Positions 51,727 to 62,916 of a stretch of 64,000 bases of DNA are shown piece by piece. A program made the position numbers and the translations under genes. How positions within the stretch are numbered: the first letter of the stretch is position 1; each line of letters opens with the position of its first letter. The notes below the pieces were generated by a model. It was not told where the DNA came from, did not search any database, and worked only from the letters and a program-made list of their open reading frames with translations. Origin of the DNA: an uncultured Acidobacteriota bacterium (GTDB taxonomy: Bacteria; Acidobacteriota; Vicinamibacteria; Vicinamibacterales; UBA2999); the NCBI GenBank assembly GCA_963807405.1, contig CAWEBU010000006.1, forward strand, positions 1,511,733-1,575,732, written 5' to 3'.

Positions 51727-52473
51727 ATGAAGCTTCGCCTCGACCAGTTGCTCGTGCGGCGCGGCCTCGTCGAGTCGCGCGAACGGGCGCAGGCACTGAT
51801 CATGGCCGGTCAGGTGGACCTCGACGGCCGCGCCGCGTCGAAGGCCGGCACGATGGTGTCCGAGCACGCCGAGGTGAAGGTGATCGGCCCCGATCATCCC
51901 TGGGTCAGCCGCGGCGGCGTGAAGCTCGACCACGCGCTTTCGACCTTCGGGCTCGACGTCACCGGACGCCTCGCCCTCGACATCGGCGCCTCGACGGGAG
52001 GCTTCACCGACGTCCTGCTGACCAGGGGCGCCCGCGCCGTCATCGCCGTCGACGTCGGGCACGGGCAGCTGCACTGGCGGCTGCGCACGGATCCCAGGGT
52101 CACACTCATCGAGGGCCTCAACGCCCGCTACCTGACGCCGGCGTTGCTCCCCGGCCTCGGCGATGGCGCGGCCGTCGTCACCATCGACGTCTCCTTCATC
52201 TCGCTGGCGCTGATCCTGCCGCCGCTCCTGGCGCTGGTCGCACCGGGCGCCGACGTCGTGGCGCTGGTCAAGCCGCAGTTCGAAGCCGGCCGCCGCGACG
52301 CACCGAAGGGCGTCGTGCGCGATCACGCGATCCACGCCCGCGTGCAGACGGAGATCACCGCCAAGGCGGCTGCGATAGGATGGACGCGCCTGGCCGTGAC
52401 GCCCTCGCCGATTGTCGGCGCCAAAGGGAATCGGGAGTTCCTGATGCACTTCATCCAGGGCGAGCGGCCGTAA
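51727..52473 (+). CDS. tlyA: TlyA-family rRNA (cytidine-2'-O)-methyltransferase
   Basis: An S4 domain (MKLRLDQLLVRRGLVESRERAQALI), then VSRGGVKL and the SAM motif DIGASTGGFTD. Confidence 0.85.
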   Translation: MKLRLDQLLVRRGLVESRERAQALIMAGQVDLDGRAASKAGTMVSEHAEVKVIGPDHPWVSRGGVKLDHALSTFGLDVTGRLALDIGASTGGFTDVLLTRGARAVIAVDVGHGQLHWRLRTDPRVTLIEGLNARYLTPALLPGLGDGAAVVTIDVSFISLALILPPLLALVAPGADVVALVKPQFEAGRRDAPKGVVRDHAIHARVQTEITAKAAAIGWTRLAVTPSPIVGAKGNREFLMHFIQGERP

Positions 52474-52476
52474 CCC

Positions 52477-53344
52477 ATGCGCATCGGCATCGTCACCAAG
52501 CCCGACCTCGCGGACGCTCGCGACACCCTCAACCAGCTCCGTGCCTGGCTGGCGGCACGCGGGGCCACCGCCTGCTGGTCGCCGGAAGCGGCGGCGCTGC
52601 TCACCGACCCGCCCGACGCCATCGTCTCGCGCGACGACATCCCGGACCTGGTCGATGTGGTGGTCGTGCTCGGGGGCGACGGCACGCTCATCGCGATGGC
52701 CGCACGGATCGCCCGCGGCAAGGGCGACGTGCCGATTCTCGGCGTCAACTTCGGCAGTCTGGGCTTTCTCACCGAGATCACACGCCCCGAACTGTTCGAC
52801 GCGCTGGCCGACGTGCTCGACGGGCGGGCGTCGCTCGACGAGCGCATGATGCTGACCGCGCGGGTCGATCGCGCGGGCGCGGCGCCCTACGAGACCACGG
52901 TCCTGAACGACGTGGTGTTCACGCGCACCGCCCTGTCCCGCATCATCGACCTCTCGGTGTGGGTCGGCGGGCAGTTCGTCACCGACGTCAAGGCCGACGG
53001 TCTGATCGTGGCCAGCCCGACCGGGTCGACCGCCTACAACCTGGCGGCCGGCGGCCCGATCGTGCACCCCGCCATGGAGGCGTTCATCCTGACGCCGATT
53101 GCCCCCCACACCTTGAGCAACCGGCCGATCGTCGTCCCCGCTCACCGCGACGTGCGCGTGGCCGTCAGTGCCGACAACGGCGGCGAGGTCTACGTGACCT
53201 TCGACGGCCAGACCGGGAGCCCGCTGCAGCACCGGCGACGAAGTGATCATCCGCCGCGCCCCGCGCGATGTGAAGCTCGTGCGCGCGACCACACGCACCT
53301 ACTTCGAGGTGCTGCGCCAGAAACTCAAGTGGGGCGAACGCTGA
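52477..53344 (+). pseudogene. nadK: NAD kinase, C-terminal 37 codons out of frame because of one extra base near 53230-53235
   Basis: GGDGT and NFGSLGFL motifs are present. After ...FDGQTGSPLQ the track frame turns into Arg-rich junk running to 53403. The +1 frame instead reads GDEVIIRRAPRDVKLVRATTRTYFEVLRQKLKWGER and stops at 53342-53344. Confidence 0.9.
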
Positions 53345-53386
53345 GACCGCGGCGACGGCCGGCGCGCACGAACAAAGGGAGATGGA

Positions 53387-53920
53387 ATGGCTTTGCGGGA
53401 TGAACTGCTCGATCTGGCGGCACACATGGAATGGGCCGACGCGCTCGTCTGGAGCACGGCGCTGCAGTCGGGCCCGGCGCGCACCGACGAACGCCTGCGC
53501 GGCTGCCTCCACCACATCCATACGGTGCAACGGGCCTTCACGGCGTTCTGGCAGGGCGGGACGCCGGCCCTGATGAACGTCGGCTCATTTGCCGATCTGC
53601 CGGCCCTCGCCGTGTGGGGACGCGGCGCTCACAGTGAGCTCCGGAAGTTCCTCGCGCAGGCAGACGCCACGGCGCTGGCCAGGACCATCGAGCTTCCCTG
53701 GGCCGGCCGCGCCATCGAGCGTCACGAGGCGCTGGCGCATCCGACCCTCGGCGAAACCGCCCGCCACGTCGCCATGCACAGCATGCACCACCGCGGCCAG
53801 GCCAACGTCCGCCTGCGCGAGCTCGGTGCCGAGCCGCCGCTGGCGGACTACATCGCGTGGATCTGGCGGGGACGGCCGGAGCCGATGTGGCCGCGCAACG
53901 TGGCCGCGCCCGAGGCCTGA
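53387..53920 (+). CDS. DinB-family (DinB_2-like) four-helix-bundle protein
   Basis: 177 aa. LLDLAAHMEWADALVW...CLHHIHTVQRAF...HVAMHSMHHRGQ, with the His triad typical of the DinB superfamily. Confidence 0.75.
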   Translation: MALRDELLDLAAHMEWADALVWSTALQSGPARTDERLRGCLHHIHTVQRAFTAFWQGGTPALMNVGSFADLPALAVWGRGAHSELRKFLAQADATALARTIELPWAGRAIERHEALAHPTLGETARHVAMHSMHHRGQANVRLRELGAEPPLADYIAWIWRGRPEPMWPRNVAAPEA

Positions 53921-53924
53921 CGCT

Positions 53925-54998
53925 CTAGCGTGCGGGCGGCTGGGCGCGCTCGTTGGCGCGGCGTTCGCGGAAGTACTTGACCTGCCACTCGAACACGTTG
54001 CGGTTGTGTTCGGCCAGTGTCGTGGCGAACACGTGAGTGCCGTCGTTCCGGCTGACGAAGTAGAGATAGTCCACGGACGCCGGGTCGACCACCGCTTCGA
54101 GCGCCCGTTTGCCCGGCGCCGCGATCGGTCCGGGCGGCAGGCCGCCATAGCGATAGGTGTTGTAGGGCGAGTCGAAGCGTAGATTCTCGCGCGACAGATT
54201 GCCGTCCCACTGCCCGGCCTTCTGCAGCGCGAAGATGACCGTCGGATCGGCCTGCATCGGCATGCCGATCCGGTGGCGGTTGAGGTAGACGGCGGCGACG
54301 ATCGGCCGCTCGCCATCCTGCGCCGTCTCCTTCTCGACCAGCGCCGCCACCGTGACCGCCTGTCGCACGGTGAGACCAGCGCTCGCCGCACGCGCGATGA
54401 GCTCGGGCGTGAACGCCTGGCGGAAGCCGCGCACCATCTGGGCCACCAGCGTGGCCGCGGCAATCTCCCGCGGCACGGGATAGGTATCAGGGAAGAGATA
54501 GCCTTCGAGATCGTCGGCCGCGCCGTCGAGATCGCGGATGAGGGCGGCGTCGCCGGCCGCCGCCACGAAGCTGTCGCGCGACCCGAGACCGCTGGCCGCA
54601 TAGACGTCGGCCATCTCGCCGATGGTCAGGCCCTCCCGGAACGTCACCGGTCGGGTATAGATGGCGCCGCGCGCCAGCGTGGCGACGACCTCGACGGCGC
54701 TGGCCGCCGCGGCGAATCGGTATTCGCCGGCCTTCAGTTCGCGGGCGCGGCCCGTCAGCCACAGCGCGACGCGGAACGTGAGATCGTCCTTGACCACGCC
54801 GGCCGCCGTCAGCCGGTCACCGATCGAGCGGGGACCGGCCCCGGGCGGCACGTCGACGAAGACGGCCTCGCCGGCGAAGCCGCGGTACGGCGTGAGCGCC
54901 TGTCCGCGCAGCCACCACGCCCCGCCGCCGGCCGCCAGCGCCGCCAGCAGCAGGAGCACCGCCACCCGTCTCAGCCACTTACCCACGGGGCCTCGCAT
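53925..54998 (-). CDS. mltG: Endolytic murein transglycosylase MltG (YceG-like)
   Basis: 357 aa with an N-terminal TM and YceG motifs (LKAGEYRF, LVEKETA, DPTVIFAL, YNTYRYGGLPPGPIAAPG). Confidence 0.85.
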   Translation of the reverse strand: MRGPVGKWLRRVAVLLLLAALAAGGGAWWLRGQALTPYRGFAGEAVFVDVPPGAGPRSIGDRLTAAGVVKDDLTFRVALWLTGRARELKAGEYRFAAAASAVEVVATLARGAIYTRPVTFREGLTIGEMADVYAASGLGSRDSFVAAAGDAALIRDLDGAADDLEGYLFPDTYPVPREIAAATLVAQMVRGFRQAFTPELIARAASAGLTVRQAVTVAALVEKETAQDGERPIVAAVYLNRHRIGMPMQADPTVIFALQKAGQWDGNLSRENLRFDSPYNTYRYGGLPPGPIAAPGKRALEAVVDPASVDYLYFVSRNDGTHVFATTLAEHNRNVFEWQVKYFRERRANERAQPPAR

Positions 54999-55413
54999 CG
55001 AGATAGTCCTGCAGCACGATGGCCGCCGCGACCGCGTCGAGTTTCACCTTCCGCTTTCTCCAATCGCGCTCGCCAACCGCCAGACGCTCGTCGGCCTCGT
55101 GCGACGTGAGGCGTTCGTCCTGCAGCACGACCGGCACGGCGATGGCGGCCCCGAGGGCGCGGGCGAAGGCCTCGACGCGCGGCGTCTGGTCGTTCGGCGT
55201 GCCGTCGAGACGTCGGGGCCAGCCGACCACGACCATCGACAGGCCGTCGTCCTCGGCCGCCAGGCGCGCCACTTCGGCGCTCACGACCCGCAGCGTCTCA
55301 CGTTCGCTCTTCGGCCGCTGGAGCACCGTCAACGGTGAGGCCAGGATGCCGGAGGCATCGCTGAGCGCGAGGCCGATGCGGCGGAGTCCGTAATCGATGC
55401 CAAGCGACCGCAC
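54979..55413 (-). CDS. ruvX: Holliday-junction resolvase-like nuclease RuvX (YqgF)
   Basis: 144 aa. MRSLGIDYGLRRIGLALSD...VVGWPRRLDGT...DERLTSHEA. Confidence 0.85.
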   Translation of the reverse strand: MRSLGIDYGLRRIGLALSDASGILASPLTVLQRPKSERETLRVVSAEVARLAAEDDGLSMVVVGWPRRLDGTPNDQTPRVEAFARALGAAIAVPVVLQDERLTSHEADERLAVGERDWRKRKVKLDAVAAAIVLQDYLDARPRG

Positions 55414-55446
55414 GCGAGAATTATAGCTGGCGGTCGGCCGGCGGCC

Positions 55447-55779
55447 TCACGCACCGGCCGAGCCGATGAGCGACAGCAGCGTCTCGCGCACGTAGTAGGC
55501 CAGCACGGCCGCCGAGCCGACGAAGGCCAGCATTCGCACGAGCGCGCGCTGCGGGCCGACGGCACGCTGGGTGAGCCGCTGGATGGGCTGCCAGGCCATG
55601 AAGAAGAGCAGATAGGACACTGCCAGGCCAGCGGCCGCGCCGAGCCGCGGGGCGAGCACGACCGGCATGAGCGCCAGCAGACAGGCTCCGCTCAGCCATG
55701 CACCGGCGGTCATCCAGAACAGCTCGGCCGGCGTCACGGCCACCAGAGCCGGCGGCGAGGGCGGCGCGGAGTCTGACAT
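55447..55779 (-). CDS. Hypothetical small membrane protein (3 TM)
   Basis: ATG 55779 within ORF 55447..56343 gives MSDSAPPSPPALVAVTPAELFWMTAGAWLSGACLLALMPVVL... The longer ORF upstream is antisense to the M23 gene and Arg-rich. Confidence 0.45.
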   Translation of the reverse strand: MSDSAPPSPPALVAVTPAELFWMTAGAWLSGACLLALMPVVLAPRLGAAAGLAVSYLLFFMAWQPIQRLTQRAVGPQRALVRMLAFVGSAAVLAYYVRETLLSLIGSAGA

Positions 55780-55800
55780 CGGCAAAGTGTATCCTTCGCA

Positions 55801-57003
55801 GTGATGCCGAGGAAATCCCGCGCCGGGCTCGTCCTGTTGGCGGCGCTGTACGCCGCCACGGTCGACGCGCAGACACCGCCGCTCGGCTCGCTGCAGGAGC
55901 GGCCGCCCGGCGCCACGAACCCGCCGACGCCGCTCTCGCGCGATGACGCGACGGCCCTGGCGGCTCGCGCCGCCGATCGCATCCGGGCGCTCCAGCGCGA
56001 GTCGGACGCCCTGGCGGCTCGCTCGCGCACCGTCCTCACCGAGCTCAGGCAACTGGAAGTGACGCGCGCCCTGCGCCGGGAGGAACTGGCCGCGGTCAAT
56101 GCCCGCCTGGCGACGGTCTCCGAGAAGGTCGCCGCGTCCAGCGCGCGGGTGGCCGAACTCGAGCGCCAGCGCGTCGCGCGGACACCGGCGCTCGAAGCGC
56201 GTCTCGAAGCGCTCTACAAGCGCGGCGGCAGCGACGGCTACGTCCGGCTGCTGCTGGCGACGGCGGCCGGCCGCGATCTGGCCCGCGCCAGCCGCGGCGT
56301 GGTGGCGCTGGCCCGCGTCGAGGAACTCCGCATCGCCGCCCATCGCACGCTGCTGGCCGACGAACGAGCGGCGCGCGATCAGCTGGCGTCGGAGGAACGG
56401 CAGGTGGCACGGCTGCGGGCCGAGGCTGCCACGCTCGACCAGGCCGCCCGGCGCGCCGTCGCCGATCGCACCCGGCTCCTCGATGACCTCGATACGCGAC
56501 GCGAGTTGGCGGCGGAGTATCTCGGCGAACTCGACCAGGCGCGGGCGCGACTCCAGGCCACCCTGGCCGGGCTGGCGACGAGCGGCCCGGTCGACCTGCC
56601 GCTCAAGCCCTTCCAGGGCGAGCTGGCCTGGCCGGTCCGCGGGTCCCTACTGTCCCGCTTCGGACGGGCGGCGCGCGAGGACGGCGCGGCCGTCCAGAGG
56701 AACGGCATCGAGATCGGCACCCCGATCGGCACGCCGGTGCACGCCGTACACGGCGGGACGGTGGCCTATGCGGCCCCCTTCACCGGCTTCGGGGTGCTGG
56801 TCATCCTCGACCACGGCAAAGACACCTTCACGGTCTACGGGCACCTGGCGGGCACGGCGCTGCGACCCGGCGCCGCCCTGGCGCGCGGCCAGGCCGTGGG
56901 CGCGTCCGGGGCCAGCCCGACCGGCGTGCCGGCCGCCTACTTCGAGGTGCGCATCGACGGCCGTCCCGTCAATCCCCTACAATGGTTGACGACCACGCCA
57001 TGA
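55801..57003 (+). CDS. M23 family peptidase with N-terminal coiled coil (EnvC-like murein hydrolase activator)
   Basis: A signal peptide, long Ala/Arg/Glu/Leu coiled-coil segments, and a C-terminal LytM domain (GIEIGTPIGTPVHAVHGGTV...VILDHG...TVYGHL). ATG 55804 is an alternative start. Confidence 0.8.
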   Translation: MMPRKSRAGLVLLAALYAATVDAQTPPLGSLQERPPGATNPPTPLSRDDATALAARAADRIRALQRESDALAARSRTVLTELRQLEVTRALRREELAAVNARLATVSEKVAASSARVAELERQRVARTPALEARLEALYKRGGSDGYVRLLLATAAGRDLARASRGVVALARVEELRIAAHRTLLADERAARDQLASEERQVARLRAEAATLDQAARRAVADRTRLLDDLDTRRELAAEYLGELDQARARLQATLAGLATSGPVDLPLKPFQGELAWPVRGSLLSRFGRAAREDGAAVQRNGIEIGTPIGTPVHAVHGGTVAYAAPFTGFGVLVILDHGKDTFTVYGHLAGTALRPGAALARGQAVGASGASPTGVPAAYFEVRIDGRPVNPLQWLTTTP

Positions 57004-58170
57004 CGCCCCGCCTACGCGCCGCCGTCCTCGCTGTCTCCCTGCCGGTCCTGGCCTTCGCGGTCATCGGCGGGTTCCTCGGCCGCGACGCCGCCGCCCAGGG
57101 CGGTAGCTATCCGCACCTGAAGATCTTCGAGGACGTGGTCACGCTCATCCTCAACAACTACGTGGAAGCGGTCGACGTCGACAAGGTGATGCACGGCGCG
57201 ATGCACGGGCTGGCCGACGGCCTCGATCCCGATTCCGCCTATCTCGACCCGAAGCAGATGCAGGCGGTCAACGCGTCCACGGCCGGCCTGGCCGATCCCG
57301 GTCTCGAACTGACCCGCCAGTCCTACCTGCGCGTCATCGCCGCCCGCGACGGCTCGCCCGCCGCCAAGGCCGGCCTCAGGCCGGGCGACTACGTGCGCTC
57401 GATCGACGGCCAGTCGACCCGCGACACGACCGTGTTCGAGGGCATGCGCCTGCTGCGCGGCAAGGCCGGCACCACGGTCACGCTGACGATTCTGCGCGGC
57501 AACGCCGCCGAACCTCATGAGGTCGAACTGGCGCGCGTGGCACCGCAGGCGCTGACGCCCACGGGCCGGAGCCTCGGCAGCGCCACCGGCTACCTCCGCG
57601 TGCCTGCGTTCTCGCCTGCCACGGCCGGTCGAGATCCGGAGCGAAGTGAACGATCTGACCAAGGCCGGCGCCGAGCGCGTCGTCATCGACCTGCGCGGCA
57701 CGGCCAGCGGCGATCTCGATCTCGGCTACGACGCGGCGCGGCTGTTCGTGCCCTCGGGCGTGCTCGGCTATCGCCAGGCCCGCGGCAAGGACAAGGAGCC
57801 GGTGTCGGCGGGTGCCGGCGACGGCAGCCTGTCCCTGCCGGTCGTCGTGCTGACCGACAACGGCACCTCGGGTGCCGCCGAGGTGTTCGCCGCGGCGCTG
57901 TCCGGGAACAAGCGCGCCAGCCTGGTCGGCGAGCGCAGCGTCGGTCGCGCCGGCCGTCAGAAGGTCGTCACGCTCCCCGACGGCTCCGGGCTGCTCCTCA
58001 CCCACCTGCTTTACCTGGGCCCCGGCGGCGCCTCGCTCCACGAGCGCGGCGTGACGCCCGACGTGGCGGTCGACACGCCGACGGCGGACTTCGGCGTCGA
58101 GCCCGCGCCTGGCGATCCGGCGCTCGACAAGGCCGTCGAAACGCTCACCGCGGCGAAGAAGGCGGCCTGA
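57000..58170 (+). pseudogene. S41 family C-terminal processing peptidase, one extra base near 57623-57628
   Basis: ATG 57000 forms an ATGA overlap with the M23 stop. The PDZ region (GLELTRQ...IAARDGSPAAKAGLRPGDYVRSIDG) runs up to ...GYLRVPAFSPATA. The +1 frame (ORF 57646..58170) then continues VEIRSEVNDLTKAGAERVVIDLRGTASGD...LTDNGTSGAAEVFAAAL. Confidence 0.8.
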
Positions 58171-58236
58171 GCGGTCGCCCGCTCAGCCGTGGCAGTGCTA
58201 TACTGCTCGCTCCCGTAAGGCCGGGCGAACGCATAT

Positions 58237-58313
58237 AGGCGCGTAGCTCAGCTGGTTAGAGCGCCTGCTTGACACGCAGGAGGTCGGCAGTTCGAGTCTG
58301 CCCGTGCCTACCA
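58237..58313 (+). tRNA. tRNA-Val (anticodon GAC), CCA encoded
   Basis: Hand-folded cloverleaf. Acceptor aggcgcg/cgtgcct (one G-U pair), D stem gctc/gagc, anticodon stem cctgc/gcagg with loop ttGACac, T arm ggcag-ttcgagt-ctgcc, discriminator a, then cca. Length 77 nt. Confidence 0.9.
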
Positions 58314-58347
58314 TTCGACTCGGCCTTCCGGCGAAGAACCCCACCTC

Positions 58348-60274
58348 ATGATCACGGTCACCCTTCCTGACGGCTCCAGCCGGCAGGTGGCTGCCGGCAC
58401 GCCGGCCGCCGCCATCGCGGCCGACATCTCACCGCGCCTTGCACAGGCGGCCCTGGCCGCCGTCGTCGACGATCAGCTCGTCGATCTCGGCCTATCCGCT
58501 CGACAAGGACGCCCGCGTCCGCATCGTGACCGACAAGAGCCCGGAGGCGCTGGCGCTGTCCCGGCACTCGACGGCGCACCTGATGGCGGCGGCGGTGACG
58601 GCCCTCTTCCCCGGCGCCCAGTGCGGCATCGGCCCGGCCATCGACGAGGGCTACTTCTACGACTTCGTGGTGCCGCAGCCGTTCGTGCCGGAGGATCTCG
58701 AGCGCATCGAAGCGAAGATGCGCGAGCTGGCGGCGCAGGACCTCGTCTACGAGCGGCAGATGTGGCCGCGCGACGAGGCGCTGGCGTTCTTCGCACAGCG
58801 CGGCGAACCGCTCAAGGTGCAGCTGATCGAAGAGAAGACGGCCGGCCAGAGTCACGTCTCCTGCTACACGATCAAGGACCGCGACACGTTCGTCGATTTC
58901 TGTGTCGGCCCGCACGTGCCGTCGACCGGCCGGCTCAAGGCCTTCAAGCTGACCTCGACGTCGAACGCCTACTGGAAGGGCGACGCCAAGGGTCAGCCGA
59001 TGCAGCGCCTGTACGGCACGGCGTTCCTGGCGCAGAAGGACCTCGACCAGCACCTGATGCGCCTCGAGGAGGCCAAGAAGCGCGACCACCGCAAGGTGGG
59101 CAAGGAGCTCGGGCTCTTCACGTTCCACCACTGGGCGCCGGGCGCCACGTTCTGGCTGGCCAAGGGCGCCACCCTCTACAACACGCTCGCCGACTACATG
59201 CGCTCGCGGCTCTTCCCGGCCGGCTACGTCGAGGTGAAGACGCCAATCATCTACAACAAGGGGTTGTGGGAGACCTCGGGTCACTGGTCGCACTACCGCG
59301 AGAACATGTTCCTCGTCGACTCGAAGGACGGCGAGGCGATGGCCCTGAAGGCGATGAACTGCCCGGGGCACATGCTGGTCTTCGCGGGCGAGAAGCGCAG
59401 CTACAAGGACCTGCCGCTGCGCCTGCACGAGCAGACGCCGCTGCACCGCAACGAAGCCTCGGGCGTGCTCGCGGGCCTGACCCGCGTGCGCCAGTTCTCG
59501 CAGGACGACGGGCACTGTTTCGTGGCCGAGAACCAGATCGCCGCGGAAGTCGAAGCGCTGCTCAAGCTGGTCCAGGGGATTTACCGCGACTTCGGCCTCG
59601 ACTACACGGCCAAGCTCGCCACGCGGCCCGAGAAGTTCCTGGGCGAGATCGCGACGTGGGACGCGGCCGAGGCGGCCCTCCGCCAGGCCCTCGACAACGC
59701 CGGCCAGCCCTACCTGCTCGAGGCCGGTGAAGGCGCGTTCTACGGGCCGAAGATCGACTTCGACATCACCGACGCGCTGGGACGGAAGTGGCAGTGCGGC
59801 ACCATCCAGCTCGACTACCAGATGCCCGCCCGGTTCGAGCTCTCCTACGTGGGCCCGGACAACGCCCCGCACATGCCGGTGGTGATCCACCGTGCCATCT
59901 TCGGCAGTTTCGAACGCTTCATCGGCATCCTGATCGAGCACTTCGCCGGGGCATTCCCCCTGTGGCTGGCGCCGCTGCAAGTGGCGGTGCTCCCCATCAC
60001 CGACCGCGCCAATCCCTACGCCCGGGAGGTGCTCGGTGCGCTGCAGGCCGCCGGCCTGCGGGCGGTGCTCGACGAACGCCCCGAGAAGGTCAACTACAAG
60101 ATTCGCGAAGCCCAGCTCCAGAAAGTGCCCTATATGCTCGTCATTGGCGACCGTGAGGCGGCCGATCGGGCCGTGGCGGTGCGCAGCCGGTCGAAGGGCG
60201 ACCTTGGAGCCACCCCGCTCGCCACGTTCGTGGCGGAAGCCCTTGCCGAGGTTGCCGAGAAACGGCTATCCTAA
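58348..60274 (+). pseudogene. thrS: Threonine-tRNA ligase, one extra base at 58488-58491 (likely consensus error)
   Basis: The TGS-domain N-terminus MITVTLPDGSSRQV...AAVVDDQLVDL lies in ORF 58348... The sequence then continues in the +1 frame (ORF 58439..60274): YPLDKDARVRIVTDKSPEALALSRHSTAHLMA..., followed by class II motifs and the anticodon-binding domain. Confidence 0.95.
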
Positions 60275-60298
60275 ACTCTTTCCGTCTGGAGGCTGAGT

Positions 60299-60901
60299 AT
60301 CGCATTCGATCGCAACCGCTCCGGTCGTCGTGACGACCGCGTCCGCACCAACGAACGAATCCGGGTCCGCGAGATCCGGGTCATCGACGAAACGGGCCAG
60401 CAATTGGGCATCATGCCGCCTCCGCAGGCGCTCACGATCGCCCGGTCCAAGGGACTCGACCTCGTGGAGATCTCCCCCACCGCCGTGCCGCCGGTCTGCC
60501 GGATCATGGACTACGGGAAGTATCAGTACCAGGAGGCCAAGCGGGCACGCGAAGCGAAAAAGCACCAGAAGGTGATCGAGGTCAAGGAAATCAAGTTCCG
60601 TCCCAAGGTGGACGAACACGATTACCAGTTCAAGAAGAAGCACATCGAGCGCTTCCTCGAAGAAGGCGACAAGGTCAAGGCCACGGTGTTCTTCCGCGGG
60701 CGCGAAATGGCGCACCCGGAGATCGGACACCGCATCCTGCTGCGGCTCATCGAGGACCTGGCCGAGGTGGCCCTGCCCGAGACGATGCCCCGGCAGGAGG
60801 GCAACCAGATGCACACGATCCTGTCGCAGAAGCGCGGCGGCAAACCCGCCGTGCGCACGACGCGGCCGGCTGAAGGCGACGAAGAGTTGGTGGGGAGTTA
60901 G
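60299..60901 (+). CDS. infC: Translation initiation factor IF-3, probable non-canonical ATC start
   Basis: The track ORF (60404, TTG) truncates the N-domain. The same frame is open from 60275 and encodes [44 protein letters not shown] at 60288-60292 sits 6 nt before ATC 60299, and no ATG or GTG is available there. Confidence 0.85.
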   Translation: MAFDRNRSGRRDDRVRTNERIRVREIRVIDETGQQLGIMPPPQALTIARSKGLDLVEISPTAVPPVCRIMDYGKYQYQEAKRAREAKKHQKVIEVKEIKFRPKVDEHDYQFKKKHIERFLEEGDKVKATVFFRGREMAHPEIGHRILLRLIEDLAEVALPETMPRQEGNQMHTILSQKRGGKPAVRTTRPAEGDEELVGS

Positions 60902-60905
60902 AACG

Positions 60906-61103
60906 ATGCCGAAGATGAAGAGTCACCGGGGCGCCGCCAAGCGCTTCAAGAAGACGGGCACGGGCAAGTTCGTCCGCGCGGCCGCCTTCAAGCGCCACCA
61001 GTTGACCTGCAAGTCGACCCAGATGAAGCGTCACGCGCGCGGCAACAAGCTGGTCTCGGATTCCGAGCAGGCCAAGCTGCGCCGCATGCTGCCGTACGAC
61101 TAG
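60906..61103 (+). CDS. rpmI: 50S ribosomal protein L35
   Basis: 65 aa. [22 protein letters not shown]. Confidence 0.95.
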   Translation: MPKMKSHRGAAKRFKKTGTGKFVRAAAFKRHQLTCKSTQMKRHARGNKLVSDSEQAKLRRMLPYD

Positions 61104-61293
61104 CGGCTGGCGGCTAGGGGCTCGCGGCGAGGAACCCTCGGTTCCCACTCGCCGCTTCTCCCACAGCCGAACGCCGCATCCGATCGACGACTGGCGGTTA
61201 GGGCAATTCCGTCATCGGTCGTTGGTACGCCCTCGAGCGTGACCAAATCTAGCCACTAGCCGCTAGCCCCTAGCCGCCATTCAGGAGTCCGTC
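61104..61293 (+). promoter_or_regulatory. Structured 190-nt rpmI-rplT spacer (candidate cis-regulatory leader of rplT)
   Basis: A long-range helix pairs 61109-61127 with 61260-61278 (14 perfect bp GGCGGCTAGGGGCT/AGCCCCTAGCCGCC, then 1 mismatch, then 4 bp). A hairpin spans 61124-61155 (gcggcgag...ctcgccgc with inner ggaacc/ggttcc). A second hairpin spans about 61171-61220. The SD CAGGAG lies 5 nt after the 3' arm. Confidence 0.4.
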
Positions 61294-61656
61294 ATGCCTC
61301 GCGTCAAACGCGGCACGGTCCGTCGTGCCAAGCGAAAGAAGCTGGAGAAGCTCACCAAGGGCTACTTCCAGAACAAGTCCAAGCTCTACAAGTTCATGAA
61401 GGAAGCGGCCGACAAGGCAGGCGTCTACGCCTATGCCGGCCGCAAGCAGAAGAAGCGCGACTACCGCAGCCTGTGGGTCATGCGCATCAACGCCGCGGCG
61501 CGCGAGCACGGCATCTCCTACAGCGTGTTCATGAGCGGCATCAAGAAGGCCGGCATCGAACTCGACCGCAAGAGCCTGGCGGACCTGGCCGCCCGCGACG
61601 CGGCGGCCTTCGCCGTCATCGCCGGCCAGGCCAAGGCGGCCGCCGGCGTGGCCTAG
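61294..61656 (+). CDS. rplT: 50S ribosomal protein L20
   Basis: 120 aa. [25 protein letters not shown]...[17 protein letters not shown]. Confidence 0.95.
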   Translation: MPRVKRGTVRRAKRKKLEKLTKGYFQNKSKLYKFMKEAADKAGVYAYAGRKQKKRDYRSLWVMRINAAAREHGISYSVFMSGIKKAGIELDRKSLADLAARDAAAFAVIAGQAKAAAGVA

Positions 61657-61711
61657 AGCTAGCGCGCTAGGTTCCAGCGGCTAACGCTGCGCAGGACGCC
61701 TGCCAACCGAG

Positions 61712-61753
61712 AAAGGCACCAAGGACGAATCCGTTCCTGGTGCCTTTCCTCTG
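61712..61753 (+). terminator. Rho-independent terminator after rplT
   Basis: AAAGGCACC(a)AGGA-cgaatccgt-TCCTGGTGCCTTT followed by cctctg. The stem is 9+4 bp and runs into a T-rich tail. Confidence 0.7.
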
Positions 61754-61794
61754 TACCCGTGACGCCATCGCGCTAGCCGCTAGAATAGGTCCCC

Positions 61795-62912
<1,118 letters not shown>

Positions 62913-62916
<4 letters not shown>

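Noticed and set aside
58237-58347. tRNA-Val as an integration hotspot or genomic-island border
   Set aside because: There is no integrase, no direct repeat of the tRNA 3' end, and no compositional break. The tRNA is followed directly by the conserved thrS-infC-rpmI-rplT-pheST cluster.
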